A stretch of DNA of 64,000 nucleotides from an uncultured Pelagibacteraceae bacterium (GTDB lineage Bacteria; Pseudomonadota; Alphaproteobacteria; Pelagibacterales; Pelagibacteraceae): contig CACJTU010000006.1 of NCBI GenBank assembly GCA_902596375.1, forward strand, positions 2,398 through 66,397. The letters are read 5' to 3'. How positions within the stretch are numbered: position 1 is the first letter of the stretch; each line of letters begins with the position of its first letter. Shown piece after piece: positions 9,788-19,675 of the stretch. Under the pieces are notes generated by a model. The model had not been told where the DNA came from and made no database searches. It saw only the letters and a list, made by a program, of their open reading frames with translations. A program made the translations under genes and the position numbers.

Positions 9788-10753
9788 TTAAAGTTTTACA
9801 ATTTTAGATTTTTCTAACTTTTCCTCAAAAAAATCAATAATATTTTGAATTGTCTCTTTACCCATTCTTGTCATACATTCATCGGTAAAAGCTGCAGTAT
9901 GTGGACTTAAGTAAACTTTTTCATTTTTGAGAAGTGGATTATTATCATCAGGTGGTTCTTTTTTAAAAACATCAATACCAGCTCCAAAAATTAAATTTTC
10001 ATTGAGCGCTTTATCAAGATCTTCTTCATGAATAATCCCACCTCTTGCTGCATTAATGATAATGCAAGTCTTTTTCATTGTTTTTAATAAATCATAATTA
10101 ATTAAATTTTCAGTTTTATCCGTTAAAGGCATATGGAGCGAAATAACATCCATAGTTTTTACTGCTTCAGCTAGATCATCTACTTTTTTTCCTCCTAATT
10201 CTTCAATTTTATCTTTGTCTACAAATGGATCGTAGACAAATACATTCATTTCGAAACCTAGACATCTTTTGATTAAAGCTTTTCCTATTCTTCCAAACCC
10301 CATTATTAAAAAATTTTTTTTCCAAACTTCTATTGTTTTTGGTAATTTATTTCTGTCTTTAAAGTTTCCATCTCTTACTGTTTTGTCAAATAAGTCTTTT
10401 CTTTTTGCAATATTTAACAAAACGAACATTACATGTTCTGCAACTGTAACAGCATTAGCATTAGCTGTTATTACTATTTTTATATCTTTTTCTTTAGCTT
10501 TTTTTAAATCGATATTGTCATAACCTACACCATGTCTTGAAATAATTTTTAAATTTTTTGCTTCTTCAAAGGTTTCACCAGGAAGTTTTGCAATTCTTAT
10601 TGATGCACCATCGCAATCTTTTAATTTTGATTTTAAATTTTCTATTGAAGTGTCATCAGTTACTTCAACATCAAAATTAGGATGGTTATTTATTAATTCC
10701 ATACCTTTTTCATGGACTTTTTGAATAATTAATATCTTTTTTTTATTACTCAT
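9788..10753 (-). CDS. D-isomer-specific 2-hydroxyacid dehydrogenase (SerA-like, no ACT domain)
   Basis: RHGVGYDNID, GFGRIG, NAARG, DVF..EPP, SPHTAA. Confidence 0.9.
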   Translation of the reverse strand: MSNKKKILIIQKVHEKGMELINNHPNFDVEVTDDTSIENLKSKLKDCDGASIRIAKLPGETFEEAKNLKIISRHGVGYDNIDLKKAKEKDIKIVITANANAVTVAEHVMFVLLNIAKRKDLFDKTVRDGNFKDRNKLPKTIEVWKKNFLIMGFGRIGKALIKRCLGFEMNVFVYDPFVDKDKIEELGGKKVDDLAEAVKTMDVISLHMPLTDKTENLINYDLLKTMKKTCIIINAARGGIIHEEDLDKALNENLIFGAGIDVFKKEPPDDNNPLLKNEKVYLSPHTAAFTDECMTRMGKETIQNIIDFFEEKLEKSKIVKL

Positions 10754-10864
10754 AATTATATATCAATTTTTTAGAGAGCATTTTTAATACGAGAATTATT
10801 CTATAAAGTAAATTAGTTTTTTGATTAAAGTTGTATTTATTAAATATTTAAAATAAATTTAGCT

Positions 10865-11461
10865 GTGAATTTGACAATTAACATTCTCCTATCTTTTTTT
10901 AAGACCCTTGAGAAAATAAATACTTTTTTTTTAAGAATTGGAAGACAGTTTGCATGGATAGCAATACTTTTGATGGTGATTGTTATCTTGGTGCAAGTAT
11001 TTTTTAGATATGTATTAAATAATGCACTGCCATGGCCTGATGAGGTTGCTAGATTTTTGATGTTATGGATGACAGGATTGATTGCACCATCTGCGTATAG
11101 ATGGGGTGGATTTGTTTCTATTGATTTATTAGAGAGATTTTTACCAAAACTTATCTCCACATTATTAACTTTATTTTTATTAATCGTTTCTCTTTTCGTC
11201 TTAGTAATAGGTTTGGAATTAGGATTTAAACATATTAATGCTGGATGGATATTTAATTCTTCATCGATAAAGATTCCTTTTCATTTAATTGGTGGTAAAG
11301 CAGAACCAATAAAATTAGCTTGGATGTATATGTCATTACCTGTGGGAATTATTTTTTTAATTTCTGTGAATATAGAGTTAATTTTAAGAAATATTCTTAC
11401 TAATTTTACAAAGTTAGACTTGCCTGAAGATTACGATAAACAAAAGTTGGAGACGCAATAA
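10865..11461 (+). CDS. dctQ: TRAP transporter small permease
   Basis: QVFFRYVLN.AL.WPDE; about four TM segments; GTG start. Confidence 0.9.
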   Translation: MNLTINILLSFFKTLEKINTFFLRIGRQFAWIAILLMVIVILVQVFFRYVLNNALPWPDEVARFLMLWMTGLIAPSAYRWGGFVSIDLLERFLPKLISTLLTLFLLIVSLFVLVIGLELGFKHINAGWIFNSSSIKIPFHLIGGKAEPIKLAWMYMSLPVGIIFLISVNIELILRNILTNFTKLDLPEDYDKQKLETQ

Positions 11462-12750
11462 TGTTAGTTTGGTTTCTTCCTTTATTTTTATTATTTTTGT
11501 TAATTGGTTTACCTGTATTTTTTGGATTGTTAGCAGCACCAGGAATTTTGCTTTGGCTAAATGATCAAGCTAGAGATGGAGCTATGCTTTATAGAAATAT
11601 TTATAATGGAATAGATAGCTTCCCTTTGATGGCAATACCATTTTTTATGTTAGCAGGAGAGTTAATGAACAGAGGAGGAATAACTCATCGACTAGTTGAA
11701 TTTAGTCAGGCGATGATGGGCCACTTAAAAGGTGGATTGGCTCATGTCAATGTACTGACTTCAATGTTGTTTGCAGGTTTATCTGGTTCAGCTGTAGCTG
11801 ATACATCAGCAATTGGATCAATGCTTATTCCTGCAATGGAAAAGCAAGGCTATACAAAAAAATTTGCTGCTGCAATTACAGCAGCGAGTTCTGTAATTGG
11901 ACCTATAATTCCACCTTCTGGAATAATGATTATTTATGCATATGTAATGGGTGAGAGTGTTGCTGCATTATTTTTAGCAGGAATTGTACCTGGTATTTTA
12001 GTAGGAGTTAGTTTGATGGTCACAATAAAATTTATGGCCAAGAGATATAATTTTCCAGCAGTAACCGAAAAAACAACTTGGAGCCAAAGAGGCAAAGCAT
12101 CTCTTAAAGCTTTTTTCCCTTTAATGACACCTGTAATAATTTTAGGAGGTATTCTTGGTGGGATTTTCACCCCAACAGAAGCATCAGCTGTTGCAGCTGC
12201 TTACGCAATGTTTATTGGTCTATTTGTTTTGAAATCATTAAAATGGAAAGATGTTCCTAAAGTCATGACAAAAGCAGCAATGGTATCTTCAGTGGTTCTT
12301 CTTTTAGTTGGTGCCGCAATGGCTTTTAAAACAGTTGTAAGTTTATCACATGCACCTGAGCATCTTGCTGCGTTCGTTTTAGGATTAACTGATAATCCAT
12401 ATGTTTTATTATTTCTTATAAATATTTTATTATTTATTGTTGGAATGTTTTTAGATGCAGGTCCAGCTATAATTATTTTAGGACCAATTCTCGGTCCAGT
12501 TTTTGTTGAACTTGGAGTTCATCCTGTGCACTTTGCAATTATAATGTCGGTTAATTTAACAGTTGGTTTAGCAACTCCACCAATGGGTCTTGTCTTATTT
12601 GTTGCATCTTCTGTATCTGGGGAAAGAGTTGAAACAATAGCAAAAGCTATATTGCCATTCTTAGCAGTAGAGGCTATAGTTATATTTTTAATAACATATT
12701 TTCCGTCAATTTCGATGACGATTCCTTTGCTTACTGGATTCGCTAAATAA
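11461..12750 (+). CDS. dctM: TRAP transporter large permease
   Basis: SGSAVAD, IIPPS, FTPTEA, TPP.G motifs. Confidence 0.96.
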   Translation: MLVWFLPLFLLFLLIGLPVFFGLLAAPGILLWLNDQARDGAMLYRNIYNGIDSFPLMAIPFFMLAGELMNRGGITHRLVEFSQAMMGHLKGGLAHVNVLTSMLFAGLSGSAVADTSAIGSMLIPAMEKQGYTKKFAAAITAASSVIGPIIPPSGIMIIYAYVMGESVAALFLAGIVPGILVGVSLMVTIKFMAKRYNFPAVTEKTTWSQRGKASLKAFFPLMTPVIILGGILGGIFTPTEASAVAAAYAMFIGLFVLKSLKWKDVPKVMTKAAMVSSVVLLLVGAAMAFKTVVSLSHAPEHLAAFVLGLTDNPYVLLFLINILLFIVGMFLDAGPAIIILGPILGPVFVELGVHPVHFAIIMSVNLTVGLATPPMGLVLFVASSVSGERVETIAKAILPFLAVEAIVIFLITYFPSISMTIPLLTGFAK

Positions 12751-12841
12751 ATTTAATTATTTTTTTTACTAGTCGATAGACTCTCTAATTCAATTTAAGT
12801 ATAGTTTTCATACATAAATATTTAATGAGAGGGAAATAATT

Positions 12842-13894
12842 ATGAGTAAATTAATAAAATCATTTTTTTCATTATTATTCTTAATTAGTTTTACTGCATC
12901 TGTTTCAGCTGCGGATTACAACTTAAGAATGACAATGAACTCTAATGATCAAGATGAAGATTATGATGGTGCTGTAGTATTTAAAAACTATGTAGAAGCA
13001 GCTTCAAATGGAAAAATAGCTGTAGAATTATTTGTAGGTACGCAGCTTTGTTCAAAGGGTGCTGAATGTTTACAAGGTGTATCTGATGGAAGTATAGATA
13101 TTTATATTTCTACTTCTGGAGGTGCTGCAGGTGTATTTCCATATGTTCAAGTTTTAGACTTACCTTATCTAATGGCTGATGACAGAATTGCTGAAGATGT
13201 AATGCAAGGTGATTTTGTAAGAACAATGAGAAAAATGGCTCTAAAAGATTCTAATGACTCAATTAGATTGATGACAATTGGAAATACTGGAGGATGGAGA
13301 AATTTTGCTAATACAAAAAGAAGAGTTGCAAATCCATCTGACATGAAAGGTTTAAAAATCAGAACAGTTGTAGCTGATTTACCTCAGGAACTTGTAAGAG
13401 CATTAGGTGCATCTCCAACTCCTATTCCATGGCCGGAATTGTTTACATCATTTCAAACTGGTGTAGTTGAAGGATCTAAAAATGGAATAACTGACATTAT
13501 GAACATGAAGTTTCCTGATGCAGGTCTAAAATACGTTACTTTAGACGGTCATGCATACATGGGCGCATTATGGTGGATGAATAATGCAAAATATCAATCG
13601 ATGTCAACAGATCTTAAAAAAGTTGTGACTGATGGTTTCTATGCTTTGCAACAAGCAACTTTTGCTTCTCCTAAGAGAAAATCAATCAAAGCTTACGAGG
13701 ACTTTGTAGCAGGTGGTGGAGATTTATATGTTCCTACGCCTGATCAAAAAGCTAGTTTTAAAAAAGAAGCTAGCCCAGTGTATGATTGGTTTAAAGCTAA
13801 TGTTAAAGGTGGAAAAGAAATTTTCAACGCTTTAACTAAAGCGGTAGCTAAAGCAGAGAAAAAAGCATCGAGCGCATACAAAAAAGATTTGTAA
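12842..13894 (+). CDS. dctP: TRAP substrate-binding protein (DctP family)
   Basis: Signal peptide, D.KGLKIRT (conserved Arg), ELFTSFQTGVVEG.KN. Confidence 0.93.
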   Translation: MSKLIKSFFSLLFLISFTASVSAADYNLRMTMNSNDQDEDYDGAVVFKNYVEAASNGKIAVELFVGTQLCSKGAECLQGVSDGSIDIYISTSGGAAGVFPYVQVLDLPYLMADDRIAEDVMQGDFVRTMRKMALKDSNDSIRLMTIGNTGGWRNFANTKRRVANPSDMKGLKIRTVVADLPQELVRALGASPTPIPWPELFTSFQTGVVEGSKNGITDIMNMKFPDAGLKYVTLDGHAYMGALWWMNNAKYQSMSTDLKKVVTDGFYALQQATFASPKRKSIKAYEDFVAGGGDLYVPTPDQKASFKKEASPVYDWFKANVKGGKEIFNALTKAVAKAEKKASSAYKKDL

Positions 13895-13906
13895 TTTCAA
13901 ATTAAT

Positions 13907-13938
13907 ATAATGGGGCGGATTTTAGTTCGCCTCATTAT
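13907..13938 (+). terminator. Hairpin between convergent dctP and Sel1 genes
   Basis: ATAATGGGGCGGAT-TTTA-GTTCGCCTCATTAT with G-U pairs on the + strand. Confidence 0.65.
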
Positions 13939-14405
13939 CTAAAAGGATATATCCAAGATTTATAATCTTTTATGAGAATATGAGCTTTTTCAATTTGTTC
14001 AGGAGTCATTTTTTTAATAACTTCTTCCTGAGAAATTGCAGCATCAGGATCTCCACCAATAGCAGACAAACCATACCACATATAAGCTCTAATAAGATCG
14101 GGAGCAGGAAGTCCTCTACCAATTTCGTAATACCACCCAACACCAGATTGAGCACCAGGATGACCTTTCATAGAAGATCTGAGATACCATTCAAAAGCTC
14201 TAACATCATCTCTTTCAACACCAAGACCCATAGCGTACATAATTCCAATAAGCTCTTCAGCATCAGCATTACCAGACCTAGCTGCTGGCATAAGTTCTTC
14301 CATAGCTTCTTTAAATTTTCCTTCTTCCATCAAATCTCGAGCATTTTCTATTTCTGCAAAAACTACGGATGGAAGAAACAACAGTATAAAAAAATATTTA
14401 ATCAT
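13935..14405 (-). CDS. Exported Sel1-repeat protein
   Basis: Signal peptide; A...IG.MYAMGLGVERD...A..WY and AQ..VG.YYE.GRG repeats. Confidence 0.9.
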   Translation of the reverse strand: MIKYFFILLFLPSVVFAEIENARDLMEEGKFKEAMEELMPAARSGNADAEELIGIMYAMGLGVERDDVRAFEWYLRSSMKGHPGAQSGVGWYYEIGRGLPAPDLIRAYMWYGLSAIGGDPDAAISQEEVIKKMTPEQIEKAHILIKDYKSWIYPFR

Positions 14406-15743
14406 TTAAAAATAATAATATTTATAATTCCATTTTTAATTTCAGTAAATAAATCTTACGCAATTGATTTACCAAAACCATTAAAGAGCGAAGATTTTCA
14501 TGAAGTTGAGATAGAAAAAGTTAAAATTGGAAGACTTTTATTTCATGATAAAATTTTATCTGCAAATCGAAACATTGCTTGCGCAACCTGCCATAGTCAT
14601 GATCTAGGTGGTTCAGATGGACTTTCATTAGGAATTGGTGAAGGAGGACATGGTATTGGATTAGAAAGAACAGCTGGAACAGGAGATGATAAAATTAAAA
14701 AACGTATTCCTAGAAATGCTTTAGCATTATGGAATTTAGGATTTAAAGATATTACAACATTACTTCATGACGGAAGAGTGACTCAATCTGATATATTTGG
14801 TAATGGTTTTAATACCCCAGCGCAAGAACTACTTCCAAAAGGGCTTGATAATATAGTTGCAGTACAAGCTTTATTTCCAATGACAAGACAATTTGAAATG
14901 GCTGGAAATCCAGGTGAAAATGAAATTATAGGACTTGTTTCAAAAGTTGGTAAAGACAGTATGAGAATAGATAGAGTTTGGCCTGTAATTACTCATAGAA
15001 TAAGAGGAATTCCTGAATATGTTGAAATGTTTAAAAATGCTTTCGATGATGTTAATAATGCTTTAGATATAAATATTACACATATAGTAAATTCAATTGC
15101 AGCTTTTGAAATTCATGAATGGACCTCTTTTGACTCTCCATTTGATGAATATTTAAATGGAAATAAATCAGCTTTAAATTCAAATCAGATTGCAGGTATG
15201 AATTTATTCTATGGCAAAGCTAATTGTAGCTCATGTCATTCCGGGTCTTTATTGTCTGATCAAAAATTTCATTCAATAGGTATTCCACAATTCGGACCAG
15301 GCAGAACTAGACCTTTTGATCCTTATGCACGTGATGTTGGACGGATGGTTGAAACAGATGATTTGGATGACATGTATAAATTTAAAACACCTGCACTTAG
15401 AAATGTTTCTTTAACTGCACCTTACGGTCATAATGGTGCTTATCCAACACTTAAAGGCATAATTAAACATCATTTAAATCCAGTAGCCATGAATAGAAAT
15501 TGGAAACCTAAATATGCAAATTTACCTAGTGCTCCATGGTTAGAGCAAATAGATTTTGTAACTTTTTCTGACAAAAGAGAACAGGATAGAATTATTTCGA
15601 GTATAGACATTAAACCAATAGATTTAAGTGAAAAAGAAATTGATCAATTGGTATCTTTTTTAAAATCTCTAACTGGAAAAAGTGGAAATCAAAGACCCCT
15701 CGGTAAACCAGAAAAAGTACCAAGTGGATTAACAATTGATTAA
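14394..15743 (+). CDS. Periplasmic di-heme cytochrome c peroxidase/MauG-superfamily protein (start uncertain)
   Basis: GR.LFHD..LS, CATCH, PRNA, CSSCH, FKTPALRNV..TAPY.HNG. Signal-like segment at about 14394-14462 with no in-frame ATG/GTG/TTG nearby. Confidence 0.88.
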   Translation: MFNHLKIIIFIIPFLISVNKSYAIDLPKPLKSEDFHEVEIEKVKIGRLLFHDKILSANRNIACATCHSHDLGGSDGLSLGIGEGGHGIGLERTAGTGDDKIKKRIPRNALALWNLGFKDITTLLHDGRVTQSDIFGNGFNTPAQELLPKGLDNIVAVQALFPMTRQFEMAGNPGENEIIGLVSKVGKDSMRIDRVWPVITHRIRGIPEYVEMFKNAFDDVNNALDINITHIVNSIAAFEIHEWTSFDSPFDEYLNGNKSALNSNQIAGMNLFYGKANCSSCHSGSLLSDQKFHSIGIPQFGPGRTRPFDPYARDVGRMVETDDLDDMYKFKTPALRNVSLTAPYGHNGAYPTLKGIIKHHLNPVAMNRNWKPKYANLPSAPWLEQIDFVTFSDKREQDRIISSIDIKPIDLSEKEIDQLVSFLKSLTGKSGNQRPLGKPEKVPSGLTID

Positions 15744-15774
15744 ACTTATTTAATTAAATTGATAAATAATAAAT

Positions 15775-16857
15775 ATGGAAAAAATTAAATATGGAATAAT
15801 TGGAGCTGGCACAATGGCTCAAGAACATATTTTAAATTTATCTTTAATAGATGAAGCTCAAGTAGTTGCTCTTTCAGATCCTCACGAAGAGTCTTTGAAA
15901 CAGTGCCAAGAATTACTCAAATCAGAAGTTGTTTGCTTTAAAAATCATAAAGATCTGATCAAAGAAAATTTAGTTGATGTTTATATAATTTCATCTCCTA
16001 ATTTTACTCATATTCAAATTTTAAAAGATGTAATTAAAACCAAGAAACATATTTTGGTTGAAAAACCTTTGTGCACTAAGACAAAAGATTGTTTAGAAAT
16101 AGAAAAACTTACTAAAAATTACCCTTCAGTTTTTTGGACTGCAATGGAATATAGGTACATGCCTCCTGTTTCAAAATTTATTAAAGAAATTCACAACAAA
16201 ACAATTGGTGACCTAAAAACATTAACAATAAGAGAACACAGATTTCCTTTCTTAAAAAAAGTAAATGATTGGAACAGATTTGAAAAAAATACTGGAGGAA
16301 CTTTAGTTGAAAAGTGTTGTCATTTTTTTGATTTGATGCGTTTTATTGTTAAGAGTGAGCCCGTAAGTGTTTATGCGAGTGGGGGACAAGATGTAAATCA
16401 TTTAGATGAAGAATATGATGGTAAAAAACCAGATATTATTGATAACGCTTATGTAATTGTTAATTTTGAGAATGGCTCAAGAAGTATGCTTGAGCTTTGT
16501 ATGTTTGCTGAAAATTCTGAAATGCAAGAAGAGTTAACCGCAACAGGAAATATTGGTAAAATTGAAACTTCAGTTCCTTCAAACGAGTCTGGGAAAACTA
16601 CTTCTGATGTAAGAATTGGTATTAGAGACGGAAAAACTAAACAAGAAAGTGTTAGTGTGGATCCAAAAATACTTGAAGCAGGACATCATCATGGTTCAAC
16701 TTATTATGAACATTTAGCCTTTATAAATGCAGTAAAAAATAAATTAAAGCCAGAGGTATCTTTGAATGATGGGTTAATTGCAGTTGCAGTTGGAGAAGCT
16801 GCTGAAACATCAATTAAACTTGGAAGAGTAGTTAAGTTAAACGAGATAATTACTTAA
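15775..16857 (+). CDS. Gfo/Idh/MocA oxidoreductase (inositol dehydrogenase-like)
   Basis: GAGTMA.EH, VEKP, EYRY, GGTLVEKCCHFFD. Confidence 0.9.
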   Translation: MEKIKYGIIGAGTMAQEHILNLSLIDEAQVVALSDPHEESLKQCQELLKSEVVCFKNHKDLIKENLVDVYIISSPNFTHIQILKDVIKTKKHILVEKPLCTKTKDCLEIEKLTKNYPSVFWTAMEYRYMPPVSKFIKEIHNKTIGDLKTLTIREHRFPFLKKVNDWNRFEKNTGGTLVEKCCHFFDLMRFIVKSEPVSVYASGGQDVNHLDEEYDGKKPDIIDNAYVIVNFENGSRSMLELCMFAENSEMQEELTATGNIGKIETSVPSNESGKTTSDVRIGIRDGKTKQESVSVDPKILEAGHHHGSTYYEHLAFINAVKNKLKPEVSLNDGLIAVAVGEAAETSIKLGRVVKLNEIIT

Positions 16858-17770
16858 AAAAATCTATCGCTTTTTTAACTATAAAATTACTAACTCTTGT
16901 ATTTGACTCTGTTGTAACACCTGAAATATGAGGTGTTAAAATACAATTCATTTCAGATGTTATTCTTTCGTATAAATCTTTTTTAATAGGTTCATTTTCA
17001 AAAACATCTAATGCAAATCCTGAAATTAGATTTTGATCATAAGCATCTATAAGATCATTCTCATTTACAACACTACCTCTTGAAGTATTTATTATTATTG
17101 GCTGTTTTTGCATTTTAGAGAATGAAGATTTGTTTATTAGATTTTTTGTCTCTTCGGTTAATGGTAAGTGTAAAGAAATAATATCTGCATCTTTAAATAC
17201 ATTTTCTAATGAAGATAATTTATAATTTTTCTTATTTTCATCTAATTTTTTAATGTAAGGATCATAAGCTAAAACATTTAGGCCATTTTTCAAACTATAG
17301 TCCGCAACCTTTCTACCGATGGTCCCAAAACCTACTATTCCAATACATTTTCCATTTATTTCAGCAGATTTAATTGTAGTTCTAGGCCAATTACCTTTGA
17401 CTGTTTCATTATGAAACATAGGAATTTTTTTTATCAAAGACATCGAGGATGAAATTACATACTCTGCCACAGAATCTGCATTCATACCAGTTGCTGGTTG
17501 GACATGAATATTTTTGCTTTTACAAAATTCAGTATCAATATTATCCAAACCAACACCCAATCTTCCAATAAATTTTAAATTTTTTGCGTTAGATAAAATA
17601 TTTTTATTAACCTGAGTTTTGTTTCTAACAATTAAACCATCATAATCTTTAATTATCTCTAAAAGTTTCTCTTCTTTTTCCCAGAGCTTTTCATCAAATT
17701 TGATTTCAAAATTATTATTTAAGTCGTCTAAACTATTCTTATTAATAAATTCAGTTATCAAAATTTTCAT
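16850..17770 (-). CDS. D-2-hydroxyacid dehydrogenase, (S)-sulfolactate dehydrogenase (SlcC)-like
   Basis: ITEF N-terminus, LIVRNKTQV, GRLGVGLDNID, PATG.N..SVAEYV, TPHISGVT.ESN.RVS; recalled resemblance to SlcC. Confidence 0.75.
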   Translation of the reverse strand: MKILITEFINKNSLDDLNNNFEIKFDEKLWEKEEKLLEIIKDYDGLIVRNKTQVNKNILSNAKNLKFIGRLGVGLDNIDTEFCKSKNIHVQPATGMNADSVAEYVISSSMSLIKKIPMFHNETVKGNWPRTTIKSAEINGKCIGIVGFGTIGRKVADYSLKNGLNVLAYDPYIKKLDENKKNYKLSSLENVFKDADIISLHLPLTEETKNLINKSSFSKMQKQPIIINTSRGSVVNENDLIDAYDQNLISGFALDVFENEPIKKDLYERITSEMNCILTPHISGVTTESNTRVSNFIVKKAIDFFK

Positions 17771-17787
17771 AATTAATAATTGATATT

Positions 17788-18771
17788 TTAAATTAGTTTA
17801 GACAAATCCCTTTTATTTGTTTTAAAAGTAGGAAGAGGATATTTAAAAGCATATTTACGTGGAATACACTTTTCTTTTGCTTTTTCCCAGAGTGCTAACC
17901 ATTGTTTAAAATTCTGAATTTTGAGATTTTTTTTATTTTTACTTCTTACATAGAAATTCGGTAGCGGATCTCTTCCAGAAGGTTGGCCAGCTACATTATA
18001 TCTAAGGTCCGCACTTATTCTAAAATCATTTGATCTGTTCGGTAGAGAACAATGAATTGAATGTTTGTGTAAAAGAATTACATCCCCAACATCTGCTTCT
18101 AAGTGAATATGATGCATTTTATCCAGTAATTTGCTGTCTTTAATTTCTACTTGCCCTCTATATCCAGCAATATGATTTAATAATCCCATTTTATTAATTT
18201 TCTTAACAGTAATCATGCAACCATTTTTTTTAGTAGTTTTTGTAAAAGGTATCCATACAGTAACCATGTCGGTTAATTTTTGTCCTTTAGTATTGAGAAC
18301 AGCGGCATCCTGATGCCAGGGCGTTCGTCCACTTAAACCATCAAAAACAGAACCTTTTGGTAATTTTTTTTCAGGCTGTTTAATTCTAGTATTTTGTACT
18401 GGATTAGACATGATTTCTTTACCCAAAATTTTTTCAACAACATCTAAAATGTTTTTATTAGTAATTAAATTCCATAAAGATTGAGTAGCAAAATAATCAC
18501 TATCTTTCTTAACGTGATCTCTTGGTAATCTAGTATTAAAATACTGATCTAAATCATCAATTTTTAATTTTGATATATAAGAATATTTTTTTTTAAAATC
18601 TAAATTATGAACTTTTTTTACATCTTCTTTTTTTGCAAATTTTTGAATTAAACAATCCATTACAAATTCCATATCATTAAGGATTGGCTTTAAATCTCTT
18701 TGAAAGTTAAGCACGTTTTTTACTTTCAAATACCCTTGTTCAAATAATTTGTTTTTAAGATTATTTACCAT
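17788..18771 (-). CDS. PhyH-family Fe(II)/2OG dioxygenase
   Basis: TPWHQD, TVWIP, NGC, GDV......IHCS.PN.S..FR.S.DLRY. Confidence 0.87.
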   Translation of the reverse strand: MVNNLKNKLFEQGYLKVKNVLNFQRDLKPILNDMEFVMDCLIQKFAKKEDVKKVHNLDFKKKYSYISKLKIDDLDQYFNTRLPRDHVKKDSDYFATQSLWNLITNKNILDVVEKILGKEIMSNPVQNTRIKQPEKKLPKGSVFDGLSGRTPWHQDAAVLNTKGQKLTDMVTVWIPFTKTTKKNGCMITVKKINKMGLLNHIAGYRGQVEIKDSKLLDKMHHIHLEADVGDVILLHKHSIHCSLPNRSNDFRISADLRYNVAGQPSGRDPLPNFYVRSKNKKNLKIQNFKQWLALWEKAKEKCIPRKYAFKYPLPTFKTNKRDLSKLI

Positions 18772-18802
18772 TAATAGAAACTAGTAGAATTTAGTGACAA
18801 TA

Positions 18803-19675
18803 TCAATTCTTAGGAGCAGTTGTTAAATAGTTTGCGTCATGAAAAGAAGTTAACATTCTTTTCTGGGTACTGATAATGTGCGGATAGTAAGCTGTTCCTT
18901 TATAATTCCAAATAACTGGTTTATTGAGTGCATAACTTCCATAAATAAAAAATCTTTTTGGACAGTTTTTTTCTATAAAACGTTTAACTCCATGATAGGA
19001 ATTTGGTGTAGATTGAAAAAATACCACAGTTCCTTTCTTTGGTGTGAAAGCTTTGACTACTTCCAATTCACTCATTTTTGGAAACCTTCTGAAACTTTTT
19101 CTTAAATTTTTTTTAGATTTTTTTCTATAAATTGTAAGCGATCCTCCATTTTTTTTTGGGATATCAGTTAGATAAATTAAGAAATTATACAATCTCGTAA
19201 TATCATCTCTATGAGGACGTAATCTGTATCCTCCTTTAGAAACCGAAAAATCAATATCTAAATTAACTTTTGGGTTAGTGTAATTGTTTCCTAATAATTT
19301 TTTTAATTCACTTGAATTTAATTTCTTTTTAATAGTAAATTTTTTTTGATTAAATATTTTTGGTTTGTGAGTGTTTGTCCAAGTTCCATCTTTAAAATTT
19401 TTAGAAAAAAGAGTTTCAATTTTTTTATAAAATGTTTTGCTATTAAAAAGTTTAAATAGTTTTGCAGAATTATTTGAAGATTTAATATAGTTATTAAAAT
19501 TTTTTGAGCCTTTGTTAATTCTGCTTCGACCACCCATAATCATGTCGTCAAAGGCTTTAGATGTACTAATCTCATCAATTAATAAATTACAAGTATTTTT
19601 CTCAATAACTTTATCTCCAACCAATACAGGAAAATTACTTTTAATTTTTTTTAATCGATTGATTTTAAGCATCAA
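18803..19675 (-). CDS. 2OG-Fe(II) oxygenase (prolyl-hydroxylase-like)
   Basis: LRPHRD (HxD), LIYL, GG.L.IY, NSYHGV, downstream R. Confidence 0.8.
   Translation of the reverse strand: MMLKINRLKKIKSNFPVLVGDKVIEKNTCNLLIDEISTSKAFDDMIMGGRSRINKGSKNFNNYIKSSNNSAKLFKLFNSKTFYKKIETLFSKNFKDGTWTNTHKPKIFNQKKFTIKKKLNSSELKKLLGNNYTNPKVNLDIDFSVSKGGYRLRPHRDDITRLYNFLIYLTDIPKKNGGSLTIYRKKSKKNLRKSFRRFPKMSELEVVKAFTPKKGTVVFFQSTPNSYHGVKRFIEKNCPKRFFIYGSYALNKPVIWNYKGTAYYPHIISTQKRMLTSFHDANYLTTAPKN

Noticed and set aside
13980-14393. N-terminal ~138 aa of the 587-aa ORF as real coding sequence
   Set aside because: Antisense to the Sel1 gene with non-protein-like composition; a signal peptide and family homology begin only afterwards.
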